Assembly: GCA_002633005.1 (NCBI GenBank)
Contig: NMRA01000520.1
Location: 21,255-83,946 of the forward strand
Length of the DNA stretch: 62,692 nt
Source: Phoronis australis
Taxonomy: Eukaryota; Animalia; Phoronida
Direction: 5' to 3'
Shown: piece after piece, positions 26,831 to 41,026 of the stretch
Position numbering within the stretch: position 1 is the first letter of the stretch
Layout of the letters: every line of letters begins with the position of its first letter
The notes under the pieces: generated by a model
What the model was told of the DNA's origin: nothing
The model's input: only the letters and a program-made list of their open reading frames with translations
Databases searched by the model: none
Program-made: the position numbers and the translations under genes

Positions 26831-27294
26831 CTGAGAATAAACATACTTAATATGTACTCATACCGAGGCAATAATGAATTTTAAACAGATTTAAAGTTTC
26901 TAACTCTCAGTATTGTATCTGTATTCAGAGGCATTACAACCCTTCATGATAGTGGTTTAGTGGAGATTATATGCCCATGCCAGCTAAAAGACGCGGCAAT
27001 ATGGTAATACAAAAATATTTACCAAATAAATTTCTTAAAAATATGCCAAGTAACTCCAAAGATACAGAGGTTAATGTAAACAATAGCAATAAAGAGACAC
27101 AGTGGCAGTCAAAAGGGGAGCACCTGTATGCAAAGTAAGTGTATGGGCCTAGGCAGGGGGCATTAACTGGGCTTGTATACCAAACCTAAGCACATTTGCC
27201 AATATTCAATCCACTTGAGCAAAAAAGACTGTGAAAAAAGTCGGCTACTTTGGACATAAGCCCATTCGGCAAAGGGCCAGGCAATATGGCTTAC

Positions 27295-27438
27295 CTCATT
27301 AAAATTCCTGGAAATGGTCTTGCACAGTTCACATTTCTCCTTGCTCACTCTCTCGGCACTGACTAGCACACAGAGCATGACGATGGCACGCAGACAGAAT
27401 ACAGCAACACCACAGCCACTGAATGGCCGCACGGCCAT
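27295..27438 (-). CDS. CRELD: CRELD-family protein, coding exon 1 (signal peptide + N-terminal CxxC)
   Basis: MAVRPFSGCGVAVFCLRAIVMLCVLVSAERVSKEKCELCKTISRNFNE; hydrophobic leader, CELC motif; ends at GTAAG donor, phase 0. Confidence 0.9.
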
Positions 27439-27471
27439 GCTGATTTAACCTTGGCTAGTACTAGTAAGTTA

Positions 27472-28330
27472 TCTGGAAGTCACACATTAAAACACTGTTG
27501 CATCCAAATTACGACAGCAAATTTTCCAAACTAAATGAACGCAGACAAAAAGGTGGCAATAAGGTTTGAAATAATAAATGTTAACAAGTTCTGCTTTTGT
27601 GACAATACTGATTTTTAGGAACTGAAGGAGGGACTGGTCAAAGAAAATTAAGTTTGATTACGGGTGTATTTGTTTGAATTGGAAGGAATCAAAGACATCG
27701 ATGGACTACTAAGGTGTCCCTCTATTAGCGAGGACAACATACGTCACCAAATCGCTTCGCCTATCTGTCACCGTGTAAAATTTGCACATTACAATCGGCA
27801 AAAAATCACTCAAAAATGCAATAAATATGAATAAAAATTACTTCAAAGTATGAAATAAGATGTTATTTTACTTAAATGTTAGTCTTTTTTCGTCGCAAAA
27901 TTCGTTTAATAATACTTTGCACGAGTTTTTTGCAGCGACGTGACCGACATTTCAAGGCAAAATGGTCGCCGGTAAAAACAACTGGTATTTGGTTTTCAAC
28001 TCAGGAGAAGACTAAACTCTCGAATTTTGGCGTGAAACTTCGTGAACTTGTAGAAGAAACCCTTGCGCACGTTATTACGTAAGTATTTTTCACTTTCGTA
28101 GACTTAAAAGTTGAAAAAGTTGCCGGTTCCCGCGACCTTCAACTTTGACCTGAATTAATTGGTACATTTCCTAATTTGCGCACATAATGAATCGTATTGC
28201 GCACTAAAGGGTTCATCAATGAACTATTTCAAACACTTGTTGCAAACGGGCCCTTCGTCGATTTCTGACAATCGGGCGTATTTCTGACTCACTTCGTAGT
28301 TCCGGGTACTGCCGCTAGGGGTGCTCCTTC
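27472..28330. promoter_or_regulatory. Probable CRELD 5' UTR exon/intron and CpG-enriched promoter region, possibly bidirectional
   Basis: Minus-strand acceptor acttccag at 27473-27480 just upstream of ATG; minus donor GAC|GTATGT near 27741; CpG-rich stretch; plus-strand donor AC|GTAAGT at 28079. Confidence 0.4.
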
Positions 28331-29074
28331 GAATCGCGGCGAATTTTTGGTTCCCAAACTAAAGCATTTCAACTTTTCCTGTTGAAAAGTTAATGTAAAA
28401 GAGACCCAAAAAGTAATTTCTCGTTGTGAGAACAATGATTCTCTTATTTAAGGTTCTTTTTTCCTATTTTTGCCTCACATTTTTGTAGGTCAGGCCACTA
28501 AGACCTGACTTGTGGCCAGACAGGACCACCCATACTGGCAAAGACAGTTTAGCCAGCATATGTCAAGATAGAAAATGAAAACATTTTAATTTTAGAGTAA
28601 ACAAATATTACAACTGTGCATTTCTACTCCAGTGCTGTGTTTTCAACCAAAACTTTATGTTTACTACCATGAAAAACTATACATGCTATCAATATTTTTT
28701 TTACCATGAATATAGTTTTTACAAAACAATTCAGAGGTTCGTCTAGCCTGGCCTATATCTTTCAGGTAACCTTTGTTGGAAATTGCTGTGGACCAAACCA
28801 GTTGTTATTTTCTTCATCATTTTTTCTTATAATTTCATTCCTATTTGTCAGTTTACTATAATACATATCATCAGGTCTCGCATTTCTGTCTCATCAGACT
28901 AGCTCTTGGTCCAGATCCTTCTTCTTTCCTGCTTCTACCGATTTTACTTGCAGTCAGCAAGTGAGTTTGGCTCAATACCCACTACGATGAAGATGAGGCT
29001 GTGCGCACCTTTCGGGTGATGGACAATTTTGGTCAAGAGGACCTCGAAGTGCTGGAGTGCTCCGTTGTGTATTG

Positions 29075-29340
29075 GTATTCCACTGACTTAACAGCCCCCT
29101 TCCTTGAGGATGATACAACTCTGTGAAGTACTCCACTGACTTAGTGAAAGTGTTTGGCCCCCCTTCCTTGAGGATGCCATAAGTCTGTAAGGCACTCCAC
29201 TGATTTTCGATAGTCAGTGAAAGGGTTTGGCCCCTTGAAGAGGCCACAAGTCTGTGTTAGGAACTCCACTGCCTGTTTACTTGCAGGTACTCACTGTCAA
29301 TAATCAGTGAAAAGGTTTGACCTTCCTTCCTTTAGGATGA
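29075..29340 (+). repeat. Degenerate ~65-75-bp tandem repeat, 3-4 units
   Basis: Recurring ccttccttgaggatg / ctccactga / agtgaaagggtttggcccc blocks. Confidence 0.6.
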
Positions 29341-31076
29341 CTTGAGAACTTTATTTATCTGCCCATCATACATACCTTTATGTGTTCATATCAAGACAAC
29401 TTTGCAAATAAATATTGCAGTTGTCGTTTGCATAGCATGAACTTTCCTGCATGGCTCACGACAAGGTCTACATTTTGTTACATTGTTGTGGAAAGAATGT
29501 TTAATTTCTATTTACTGTATGAAGCTTGTATTAAAATTTTTGTTTATCACACTTTTCATCAATACATATTTGAAATGATGTTGTTTATCTTTAATTTTTT
29601 AAAGTAATGCATTTTGACAAAGTTAAGTAAGTCGCAAACTGCATGTCAACAAAAAGGTCACAAAATAATATCAATAATTTGCCCAAACCAATTATCAGAT
29701 TTCAACTTCCTTGATGAAAAATCTTGAAATGATACTAGCTTATTTTTTTTTCTTGAGTAATTGTTATTTTATGCCAATTTGAAACGACAAAATTGTACGT
29801 ACTGACTTTTCTTCGTCGACTTTGTTGACTTTAAGGTCCACTTCTTCGCACAGGAATGTCCAATCGGAATGTTCTTTTTTGCAAATTATTCATCATAAAA
29901 TTTTCTTTGAAATGATGTATAACATGTCTGTCTAGGTTATGTAGATTTGTAACTATAATATTTCAAACTCACAAATTTGATTTGACAGAATTTTTACCAA
30001 AAAATTTGACACAAAAACACCATTTTCTCCAGAACCGTAAGTCCGATTTAAAATTTTTTGCACCGTTCTTTTAGTCTCGTAGAGAGCTTTCTAATGATGT
30101 ATATTACATGCACATTTTCTAAAATTTTTGAAAAACGTTGTCCTCCCTACCTCTATGCGCAAAAGGTATTTATAGCAACGTGACTACTAGGAGCTATACC
30201 GTATCTACTGAACCAGCTATAGAGACGGTGGCCACTGTCTATCATGTAAAGTGCCATGGACTTCATTCAAACCTCGTTTGGGGTTGGTATATATACGGTA
30301 CTATACCGACTACAAGGGATACAGCTAGCTGGCTGGCTAGGCCACGTGGGCTTATGTCGATCTCTTTAGCATACGTACATAATTACGTATATAGCGTAGG
30401 TAATTATATGAGAGGTGTACTTTAGGTACTAACGAGTAACGAAATTAAACTATCGAGCAGTAGTAGGCCCTATCGAGGACGAGGTTCGGGTCGGTGACGC
30501 CGACGGTGGTCCGTGGGCTACGGCCGTGCAACGTAGTTTTGATACGCTGACTTTGCATATCAATAAGTACGTATGTGCAGGACGTCACACAACGTAGGAA
30601 AAGGGGAAATTTGATCATCTGAGTGTCTAAAACATTTTGGAATTACGTACTACACCTGATGTATTCAGCTCTTCACCAAAACACGTCCCAAGATCTTCCA
30701 CCATAACACCCCCGTTGTCCAATCAGACGAAGCCACGATTGTGCTGCGGAGACATTTGTTCTCAGAACAGCCAATAGGTAGCGTCTGAATCAGTCAACTG
30801 GGTATCCCTTCAGTAAACCAAGGGCCTACTGTATATACTCCACTATCTTTGGTTAAAATTCAGTAATCTATGCAACCACCAGTTGCCTCAGAAGTCAGAA
30901 TATAGATATCCAAGTGCTCTGCATGTAAATAAAATTAATATAGACTCTAGAAATTGTGACTGGTCCACATAAATATGACATTTCACAAAAGTAGGCCTAA
31001 TGAATCCATTTGACCGTTATGAACCCGCCTGTACGTGTGCGGCATACTGATAGTACCTCGTCACGGCGGCTGGGCA

Positions 31077-31467
31077 TAGAGGCGGATCCAGGATTTTGAG
31101 CTAGGGTGGCCAGGGCACAGGAAAAAAAACAGAAAGGATTTTGAGCTAGGGTGGCCAGGGCACAGGAAAAAAATACAGAATTTCGGCAGACGCGGCGCCC
31201 GCGCGCGCCCGGGAACCCAGTCTAAACCGTGTAGAGATGCAGGGGTACATGTCGAATTTTTGGCGATTTGCGGACCGTTTCACTAAAAAAATTAAAGAAA
31301 AAAAACGGTAAACGGCTTTGTTCAGGACCTATGCATTGTTTATTCACCCACCTAGCCCCTGGATGCGCGTATAAGCTATTCAGCAATTCTGGCATGGCAC
31401 CCGAACTGCCAAGTCAGTGAAATCAGGCGTTTGGGGGGGGGGCATGGCCCCCCTAAATCCACCACTG
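31077..31467. mobile_element. GC-rich MITE of the GGCGGATCC...GATCCGCC type
   Basis: agaggcggatccagg ... cccctaaatccaccactg; internal ~40-bp direct duplication; related ends near 670, 7078, 49288-49458 and 59983-60302. Confidence 0.55.
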
Positions 31468-33901
31468 GGGCCTAGCTATAGACAGTGACCATCGCTAGCT
31501 GGGCTGTACTAGTTCAACTTAAGACGGTGGTCACTGTCTACGGCCCGGCGTGAATTAAGCTGTGCGGCCAGTCGGCCAGAGTCAACCAGAAGGTGGGGTG
31601 GAACTATCACAATTTCGTACTTTATAGTCATTCGATCCGGCGGAAAGCAGAAAATTCCGCGCACATGTTTTGCATGATTTTGGCAACTATACCGATTAGT
31701 TGATTATAAGTTCAAAGTTATGATTCTGCAGTTCGGCGACCTCAGTACTAAACTGCCAATTTTCTTTCATCTCTTTTTATCGTTAAGTCTAGTTACCGTG
31801 ATCCAAAATACTTGCTTTTACTACGCACATGTATTTTACTATTAATTTATTTTTACTATTGTCAGATATTGAAATACGTATATTTACTTTGCTTATAGTT
31901 GATGTAGAAAAACGGTCGTCTCCGACAACAACCGTTTTAACAATATATGGCGACGTCCCGTTGGAAATGTAAAGAGCTAATGAACTACAAATGATACATG
32001 TACATGTATACATGTATGTGTCTATGAAAAGTCATCCTCGAAACAGACGGATCCGGGCTCCGCAGATGGCCATATAGGCGTACTACCCGCCAGCGAATTA
32101 ATGTTGCCCCGAACGTTGAAAATACTTGGTCACTGAGTGAACAAGCCGGAAAAACTGTATTCGAACAGCAATTAAGTTGATCTCCCTGACATGGTACATT
32201 CAAACGCGGTTACAAATCTAGAATTTGCCCATGACTGGGTTCCTTAATTTGAACTCATATCTCTACTTTTACTACGATGAAGCGCCAAACCGAGCAGTTT
32301 AGAGTTGAGAGATTGATAACTATTATTCTAAATTATTATATATATTAGTCATTGTGACCAGTAGATAAGAGACCTACTGTAGGATTGGGAAGTGAGATAC
32401 CGCAGCATTAGGTATAATTTGAACTTTACAGTGAGCATTGTCAGATAGGCGGCAGGTCGGTCGCCTTTGAAGTTGCCGCCATATAAACTGAATTTCGACT
32501 AGAACTGCTTAATAGATCGAAAGCATCCCGGCGTATACGTTCATCTTCAACAAGATCTCACAAATAGAACTGTCAGAGTGTCTGCCATTGTATGTACCAA
32601 ATGGTGTCGTATTATTATCTCTTACGTTGACCGAACCAAAAAAAAAATATGCAAATGAGATGCGCCAAGAATTCCTTTAAATTATAAAGCAATGTTTCAC
32701 ACCTTTTTTGTAACTCTTGCCCACTTACTTTTCCACGTTCAAGATTTAATACAATTTTTGAAATGCATATACAGCAGTGTCTGCATTGATACATCCGTCT
32801 GATTCACGCCGGACAGGGCAATGTTGACTCTAATCACTTAAAATTTTCAGTATATTTGTTCATGCTTCGATTTGGTGACCATCCTCCTTGACTGAGAGCA
32901 AAAAAGACATGTAGCTCAACTTAAAGCCATCTTCTAAGTCCTGGGCAACATTCAATAAAAAATATGTTACGTCTTGGTACCCAGGCTAAGCTTTAAAATT
33001 CCAAACCCACCTTCATTTCCGTGGATACAGCATTTCTTAATTCTTTCACAATCCCATGATTATCGTAAAGGCTTATTGGCGAAGTTTTTCGTGAGATAAA
33101 AGTGCCAAATTGAGGCGGATAAGCTGTTCGAGTTTCAGTTCTTTAAGAAAATTGATTTTCAAAACTTTGAAATTAAAAAAACTGCCAGCAGATGTAGTGT
33201 CTCCGATAGGTGTCGAACATGAACACTCTGAGGACTAGTGCACCACTGAGTACCTGGTGGGATTTTACACTGTGTTCTTTCGCAAGACAGGTTTCAAAAT
33301 GTTCAGTTTACGCTATATCCAAAGCAGGGTTAAAACCCAAGAGTTCTACCAGACCTAGCTATTTCAAATTCATTTAATGACTGTTGGTTATTGCATTCAT
33401 TCCGAAGTCCAGCGGACGTTAGGCAACGGTGACTTTCTTGAGTCGTTGGCCACAAATTGCACATGGCAATCCACGGAAATATTTACATTAACTATAAACC
33501 ACGGATGGTCAGTAAGATGCGATATATTTTGCCCTGGATTATTAATTGTTGTTGTTAACACTAGCAAGTGAAATATTACTTGGTCCGCACCAGTGGAATA
33601 CGGTGTATTTTTATTTGTAGTTCGCGCTGGCATGTCCGGTATTTTGTGGTTAGACGACAAATGCTAATTGCTATTTTTACGAATCCCGGGGTACACTTGC
33701 CTAACACTTCCCTGTTCTTAATACACCTACGTTCCTGATGCCCAACTCACCTGTATGACTAAAGTCCTACAATTCAAGGTGATGCCATATAGATGTGCCT
33801 AAATTGGTTCGGTCATCTGTCAAAAGTCGGCCGACATTCCCTACATTTATTTTTCAACTTCCGACTCATATTGCTTTCCTGACAAATTAGGTTGCACTTA
33901 A

Positions 33902-34720
33902 AGCCCTTATCTCAAAATGCCAATGTGGCTCCAGTATCCGAAAATACTTACCAAATAAAATCTTATTTTCGATACGCTTTCGTTATATTCTTTTCGTCTT
34001 TCGTGCCAAAAGCGATTTTTAACAGTATTTGACCCTTCTCAGTGAGCGTATACTTACTGGCTGTCATTGGTTATTTCCGTACCCACATTTCCGCCTCGTC
34101 AGTTCAGGAACTTGCCCTGAACGCCGCCATTTTTCTTTGTAACTGAATGTGCTAGAGCTTGCTTGAAAAGTCTTCATTATTTTGTTTTATTAGAAATATC
34201 TCGTGATTCGTTTGTACATGTAGTGTATTTATAGTATGTAGTTAGGGGTCGTTGAATTTTTTGGAAGGTTACGCGTACTTTGTTTATTATGTTAAAATGG
34301 GATTGGTGTTTAGTTCCTGTTATCTTGGGCGGTCGAAACTAGGAACCGATATGCGTCGAACCAAAACTTTTTTACGTTTTGATTTTTTTTCATTTTGAAA
34401 AAGTACTTTGCTACCATCGGAAAGATAGTGCATTCTACTCAGTAAAAAATCGAAAAAGTATCAAAATCGGGGCACGCAGTGTAAAGTAATTGCAATTTTT
34501 GTGGCGAAATTTGGGTCACTTTGTTTGGATCGCGTCGGCCATCTTGGAGGACAGCGGGATAAGTTACGAGTTGTAAACTGTTTTCGCCAACAATTTACGG
34601 TGGAGTTTAGTGATACATATATTTGCTTAATATTCTGCACGATTCAACAGTTTTCACCAAATTTCAGCCTCGCAGCTGTTACTTATTAACTGATAAATGT
34701 GCTCACAATGCCCGTTCGAC
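33902..34720 (+). mobile_element. Non-autonomous TTAA-flanked element related to 58780-58930 and 61004-61635
   Basis: Starts TTAA|AG; colinear similarity to two separate blocks near 59 kb and 61 kb. Confidence 0.6.
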
Positions 34721-35110
34721 ATTCCTAGTTCCTCAGCTTGGTTTTAGCTATGCATTACTAGAAGACAAAATGGTTCCAGGTGATCAGTGCGATGGGCCCA
34801 CCCGGCCGAGCAGCCTGTGCACGTGTGGTATGTGTACCAGACCGCCTGAAATTATTTTGAGGTAGTTGAGAGCAGTTTAAACAATTGCTTACATGTACTT
34901 TGAACCTGAAAGTCCCCTTTGTGACACTGACAAGAAGTGTTTTTGCCAATAGCGGATTTGCAACGCCGCCATATTGGAAATGGGTCAGAATGTTGCATTG
35001 TGGTTAAGCCGATAAACAAGTACGTCGGCAAGCGTGGGGGCGAACCGGCCACAGGGAGGTTATACGTGTTGTGTGCCTGGCATGCTATAATACCAGTTAG
35101 CGAAATAAAA

Positions 35111-35805
35111 NNNNNNNNNNNNNNNNNNNNNNNNNNNNNNNNNNNNNNNNNNNNNNNNNNNNNNNNNNNNNNNNNNNNNNNNNNNNNNNNNNNNNNNNNN
35201 NNNNNNNNNNNNNNNNNNNNNNNNNNNNNNNNNNNNNNNNNNNNNNNNNNNNNNNNNNNNNNNNNNNNNNNNNNNNNNNNNNNNNNNNNNNNNNNNNNNN
35301 NNNNNNNNNNNNNNNNNNNNNNNNNNNNNNNNNNNNNNNNNNNNNNNNNNNNNNNNNNNNNNNNNNNNNNNNNNNNNNNNNNNNNNNNNNNNNNNNNNNN
35401 NNNNNNNNNNNNNNNNNNNNNNNNNNNNNNNNNNNNNNNNNNNNNNNNNNNNNNNNNNNNNNNNNNNNNNNNNNNNNNNNNNNNNNNNNNNNNNNNNNNN
35501 NNNNNNNNNNNNNNNNNNNNNNNNNNNNNNNNNNNNNNNNNNNNNNNNNNNNNNNNNNNNNNNNNNNNNNNNNNNNNNNNNNNNNNNNNNNNNNNNNNNN
35601 NNNNNNNNNNNNNNNNNNNNNNNNNNNNNNNNNNNNNNNNNNNNNNNNNNNNNNNNNNNNNNNNNNNNNNNNNNNNNNNNNNNNNNNNNNNNNNNNNNNN
35701 NNNNNNNNNNNNNNNNNNNNNNNNNNNNNNNNNNNNNNNNNNNNNNNNNNNNNNNNNNNNNNNNNNNNNNNNNNNNNNNNNNNNNNNNNNNNNNNNNNNN
35801 NNNNN
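35111..35805. other. Assembly gap
   Basis: 695 N. Confidence 1.
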
Positions 35806-38800
35806 CGGTATTAGAAACTTTCGGAAATTAGTGCCAATATTTATTTCTTGCCGATGATATGTTACCCGTTTCATGAACTGATAGTTCCCGTCTAATTGTC
35901 TACGATGAAAGCCGGTACATTAGGCAGCGCGCGCTTCTTGGCCGCGTGCTAACACTGGTCGAGTTTGTTTATTAGTCTTCGATTCACGGTTTTTACGTGT
36001 ACAAAGAAGTTGGGATTCTTGTTGAGGCGGGAGAAGATCTGGTAACGGAAAGAATTAAACAATGCAATCCCGCTGACAAGTACGCTGCGTATGTTTTCAG
36101 ACCAGCGTAGTAGGGCAAAAAGTACATCCCACGCAAGAGCAGCCAAACGTTTGCGTTCTTTTTGAATAGCGGCGTAAGTTTGAAGTGTATAGGGACATAA
36201 CGGTGAGGCTCTTGGTCTACAAATTCAGGACTGTCGGATCTTTCAATAGCGAAAGTGCAAATCCGCCATCTTGAATTTGCGTCAGCAGATGCATTATGGG
36301 AAATGTATGCCACCACCGCGGCTTGTGTACAGTGTTGCCGGGTGTTGTAACGAATGTTTAGCACAGAAGCGGTCAATAAAGTTATTTTATTTGAATTCTT
36401 AACCAAAAATTAATATTAAACGAATAACTAGAGCAGGAAGCATGAAACTGTATTTTATTTTAGAAATGTTTTGGAAATGAATAAAGTCAACGTTGCCGCA
36501 CCCCAGCTCCAACGACGGCGGGGCCCGGTCTGCAATCTCCGTCAGGTAAATACTCTTACTCGAGATTTCATGCTCAAAATCGTGCTCACTGGAGTCATAG
36601 GCCTACTCGAAAAAGCGTATTTAATGTCACAGCGCTCCCTATATTCGCATCGACTACCCTAGCAACTAGTTATCGTCAGCTCTGGCTACAATTGCAGGCA
36701 GGAGTATAATGTAGAATGCTGAGTGCTCTGTAACTGTTCAATACAATTTTCTTCTGCCATTTCTTGATACATTTGCCAATTATTAAGCTTTACTTCTTGA
36801 GTTCCTTATCTCCCGCCGGAAAATGTCTCAAGAAATTTGAAACACCTTACCAAAGGAAGTCAGTCGACCGGAGCGGAGCAGCCAAAATCTCAGTGTCTGA
36901 TTTCAAGTAAGTCACTTGACTCCTTACTCCTAAAATTGGCATGGTCACACCAACGATTGACGGCATATTGAAATTATTTTTTTCATTAATGCAGTGGTGG
37001 GACGGTGACCCCGGTACGGGAATCGGGTACAATGTCACAGGCCTGCAACCAACATTTTAAGGAGGGTTCGAATTGCACATTTTGACGGGAGGATAAATTT
37101 CAAAAGTTTTTAGGCCTACCTTAATTGCCAGGGGTGGTGTTCTTTTCTAGTAAACCGGTTGTCCACGTCAGCCCGAAACTCCAGTCGACATTTAGGCCGC
37201 AGTTGGTTACTGGTCAACCCCTGTTCTCTCTTGCATAGAACCCATTGCCGTGTAGGCCTATGCTGATGTCAAAACTTTGATACTGTATCTTTGCATTTTA
37301 CCGGGATGTACATGTATCAAGTTAGCTGACATTTGGCGCGTGAGTTAAAAACACTACATGTAGTACACTAGGCAGGCATTCAGAGTTCATCAGTGAACGG
37401 AACGAAACGTCTACTCTAAATTGGCAAAAAATCTGGAACATAATTCGGGGATTGAGGAATTATCGATTACTAAACTATTATGTGAAATCTGACAGGGAAG
37501 CAAATTGTTTTCTTTAACTTTCCTTAGGAAACCGTACAAACCGTTGCACACGAGCTTTAAACACGGCAATCCCCACCCCACAGCTGCTTTTGACCCTTGT
37601 AATGACTCATCGACATTGGGATTATCATTCGCCCGAGTTGCCAGGAATCGTAGTAAGAAGGACATTAACAGTTGGCGGCAATGAAGTGCGGTGAGTATGA
37701 AGTGTGAGTCTGAGTATGATGGCGTAGAATACGTCGAACGTGTCCACAACTGATTGGGAATGCATTGTCATTTCTCTTATACAAAACGGCTTTCCAATTT
37801 TCCTGAATATCCGTCTGCAAACCCCAAAGATTCACTGTACATAGGCAAACGTGAATAAAACAACTTTCCATTAGGAAACAAAGAGCGCGTTGTCAGATCC
37901 GTCCTTGCCAAACGTGCTAATGCCGTATTTTAACCTGAATTTCTGTAATCTAGAGTGAAAGGCATTCAGGTTATCGGTTATGGTCTCCATTCTTGCACGG
38001 CAGTCGTGAATTTGTGATTTTAGGTGAAAATATGGCTAAAATTGACCTTTTGACAACTTTTGCCATTTCAAATTTTTCTCGGTGGACGTAGCGAAGTAAA
38101 AAATAGTACGATTTTGTTCATTTTTTTTCATTTTTAAGAAACCCCACAGAGAAAAGTTTCGGTAAGTTAAGCCTTTTTTCAAGTGACTTCAGAAAGCGTG
38201 CAAACAAGGGCTTTAATTGACCCAGACCAGTGGCAACGTCAAAATCAGCCACTCGAACTGTGTTCCGGAAAGTGGCGCCCTCTTCTGTGAAGATGGAAAT
38301 ATCGGAGTTCGGAACTGTTGCATATGATCTATGATTGTACCATTGAGCAATGACGAAATGCATTTACTGTTCACGAATTTTCAAGTTTTATATATGTTTG
38401 CTCTAAAGACATTCAATATGAGGGCGCCCATACAATGCAGTGAGAACTGGTGGGACTATCGTCATTGTAAATATTACAATGATTAATAAATGTCCTCTCT
38501 GAAAAGATGATTGGATATGGAAACAAACATGTGTCAAGTTAGCGTTTTCGTCAATGATGGATGAATTAAATGATAATTTGCAAGTCTACTGAAGAATACA
38601 AGTCATTACCTAGAATATAGTTCTATTGCATTGCATGTTCAATTATGTGAAATGGTTGGTAAGAATGAAGATTCTGCTATTTGCTGTGATTTTTATAGAA
38701 ATCATCAAAATTTGATTTGACGTGTGAGATTTGAACTCTCATTGCATATGAACATGGTTGTGACTATGGTTTAGTGATTGTGCCACTAGACCATGAATTT

Positions 38801-39531
38801 TTCGTGCAATCGGTTGCGCAATCATTTCTTCTTGCTCGTATATTCTTACCGAAGCAATTGTTTTGATGGACCGCCCAATCACTTGCTAGATTTGTGTGTC
38901 ATTGTCTGTGATTTGTTCTAGTTTATGCCCACTAGTTTTGACCACTCATTGCCCCACTCAAACGTTTCACTAGTGCAGAGCACCATATGCGGAAGATTTT
39001 TTGTCTATCACAAAATCCAAAAATTATTTTTGTGAAATTATTTTTCTTAAAATCATGACGAATGGTAAGAATACGTAGAAATCGTGTGATTGGATTTATG
39101 TCAATATTTATGTCACGAGACCAGCAAAGCTGGCGAATCAGAAACACTTTCCTATGACATATCACAGCCCTGATCACAGTGTCTACCAATGAAATCTCAT
39201 TTCCAATATATATATATATATATATTGACTTCAAAGCCACACGCACCACGCCTTGACCACCACGAAATTGATGCAAAACTAGACAGTACCAAAACCGAAT
39301 ACTAAACGCGTGATAAATGACTTTAGTCAGTCATGCTCAATACACTTCAGAAAATCTGAGTTGCTGTAATAGGCCTTTTGCGAGTTTATAACAATAACGC
39401 GAGATTGTGTGAGACTTAACTGTGACTTCACGGGAAGTGGGGCAAAAGCTTGTCGTTTGGTCATTTGCGCAATACGGTAGCAGAGTGTATTCTGTTATTG
39501 TCTTCGAGTTTTTAGCCGTTTAGTTCGAAAA

Positions 39532-39620
39532 ATGTCCAAAAGCATTGCTGTTATGGCAAATGAACTTCAGATTCGCACTACAATACGTTCTATCGCGTTC
39601 TGTACTAATTTCGTCCCGTG
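39532..39620 (+). pseudogene. THAP N-terminus remnant
   Basis: MSK/HCCYGK*TSDSHY, same pattern as the remnant at 59096. Confidence 0.45.
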
Positions 39621-40801
39621 TATTTTAAACGGGCGGTAGGCGAAATCCGCTCACTGGTAAAGTTTTCACCTCGTCGAAAATACATTCTACACCTAAAATT
39701 AGCACCTAAAAGGCTCTTACTTTCTTCAGTGACTCTTTCTGCTTCTAAGCATATCTTCGATGAAGCATATATACGGGAATTCAGGGCCCGGTCTCCAATC
39801 TTTTTACTCGAAATGGAACTCGAAATTAGGTTTGGCATTTTCTACTCTACTTTTGNGACGGTCCATTTTTGGAAAGTAGCAATATGGCTGCCACAAAGTT
39901 CCAAATTAGGCCACAATTGGCTTCAATGAAAACCTGCAAAATAGCCGTGTTTGTCACACGAAATCAAAGCATACAAATTAAAAACAAAAATTCCGAAGCT
40001 GTGTCTTCAATGGATTGATGTCAATAAGTGATAATGCTAAGTTATTTAACTTATGTTAATATGTTCATGTATTTATGCTTTTAACTCCGTGATAGCTTGC
40101 TGCACTCCCAAGTAGGCCTTAAGTTACATATTGTTCTTTTGTACAGTGCGCTTATGGCCTTTATTACAGAAATAAATTGATTGATTGAATTTCAAAAGGG
40201 AAAAAGCGGCAGACGACAACATTTTCCTTTTCTTCAGAAGAGTTCCTGGAGAAATAGTTATAGGTTCAGTAAAAGATAATTTCTTATCTAGATAATTTCT
40301 TATTTTGAAAATTTTAACCAATTTGTTTTCTGTGCATAAAGGTTTCCTCGGACTTTTTCGAGCTTTTTTATTGAAAGCACATTTTTAAACGCGTGTTAGA
40401 CGATACAGGCTGCAAATGAAATAGACTGTCTCTCAGAAATAAACCCTGGGCAAAACCCCCAAACGTAATTGACATTAACTTGATTTTTTTCTACCTGTTT
40501 CGCTGCTAAGTTGTTTCCTCGCTCCATGCTCATGCCAACAATCGCCACGGGTTCACCATAACGCCTGGAAATTTTTGTGCGGGGGTAAAACCGTCAATCA
40601 TGCATGTCAATTTAGCAAACTTTGAAACTCACTTTAATGTTTAAGGGTTGTTGAGGGTTTACAAAGCTGTATTTTGTAACAGGTTTTTAAGTTTCTACAA
40701 ATGCCTTAAACTGGGCTCAGTCTTTTGATACTTGCTTTTGTACCGTGAACAAAACAAGAACATTGCTTAACCAGTTTTTCCTTCTAATACTTTTCACGTA
40801 A

Positions 40802-41026
40802 CTGGGACCCCTTCCAAGAAACTGACTTAAGTTCATTTTTGACTTAAGTCTGAAATTTTTCTCAGCTTCCATACTTAGAAACTTCTACATCCGGTAAGAT
40901 AGTTAAAATTAAGCCAAAACTTTTATCAAAAACTTAATTCAAATTTAATATTTGTTTCGTGAAATTAACTTAAAATTTACTAAAATTTAACATTTGTCTA
41001 TTCAGTTTTGTTGGAACGGGTCCCTG
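40802..41026. mobile_element. MITE with ~25-bp TIRs
   Basis: ctgggaccccttccaagaaactga vs tcagttttgttggaacgggtccctgg. Confidence 0.6.

Noticed and set aside
28310-28326. CTCF-like motif gccgctaggggtgctc
   Set aside because: One base short of the core consensus; could be chance
29075-29340. CRISPR-like repeat/spacer appearance
   Set aside because: Repeats degenerate, intervening parts homologous to each other, no cas genes, eukaryotic context
34852-35874. Longest supplied ORFs (340 and 306 aa)
   Set aside because: They consist mostly of X from the N gap
35880-37920. Coding-like, CpG-rich stretches after the gap
   Set aside because: No recognisable motif or consistent frame; probably decayed TE but unassignable by eye
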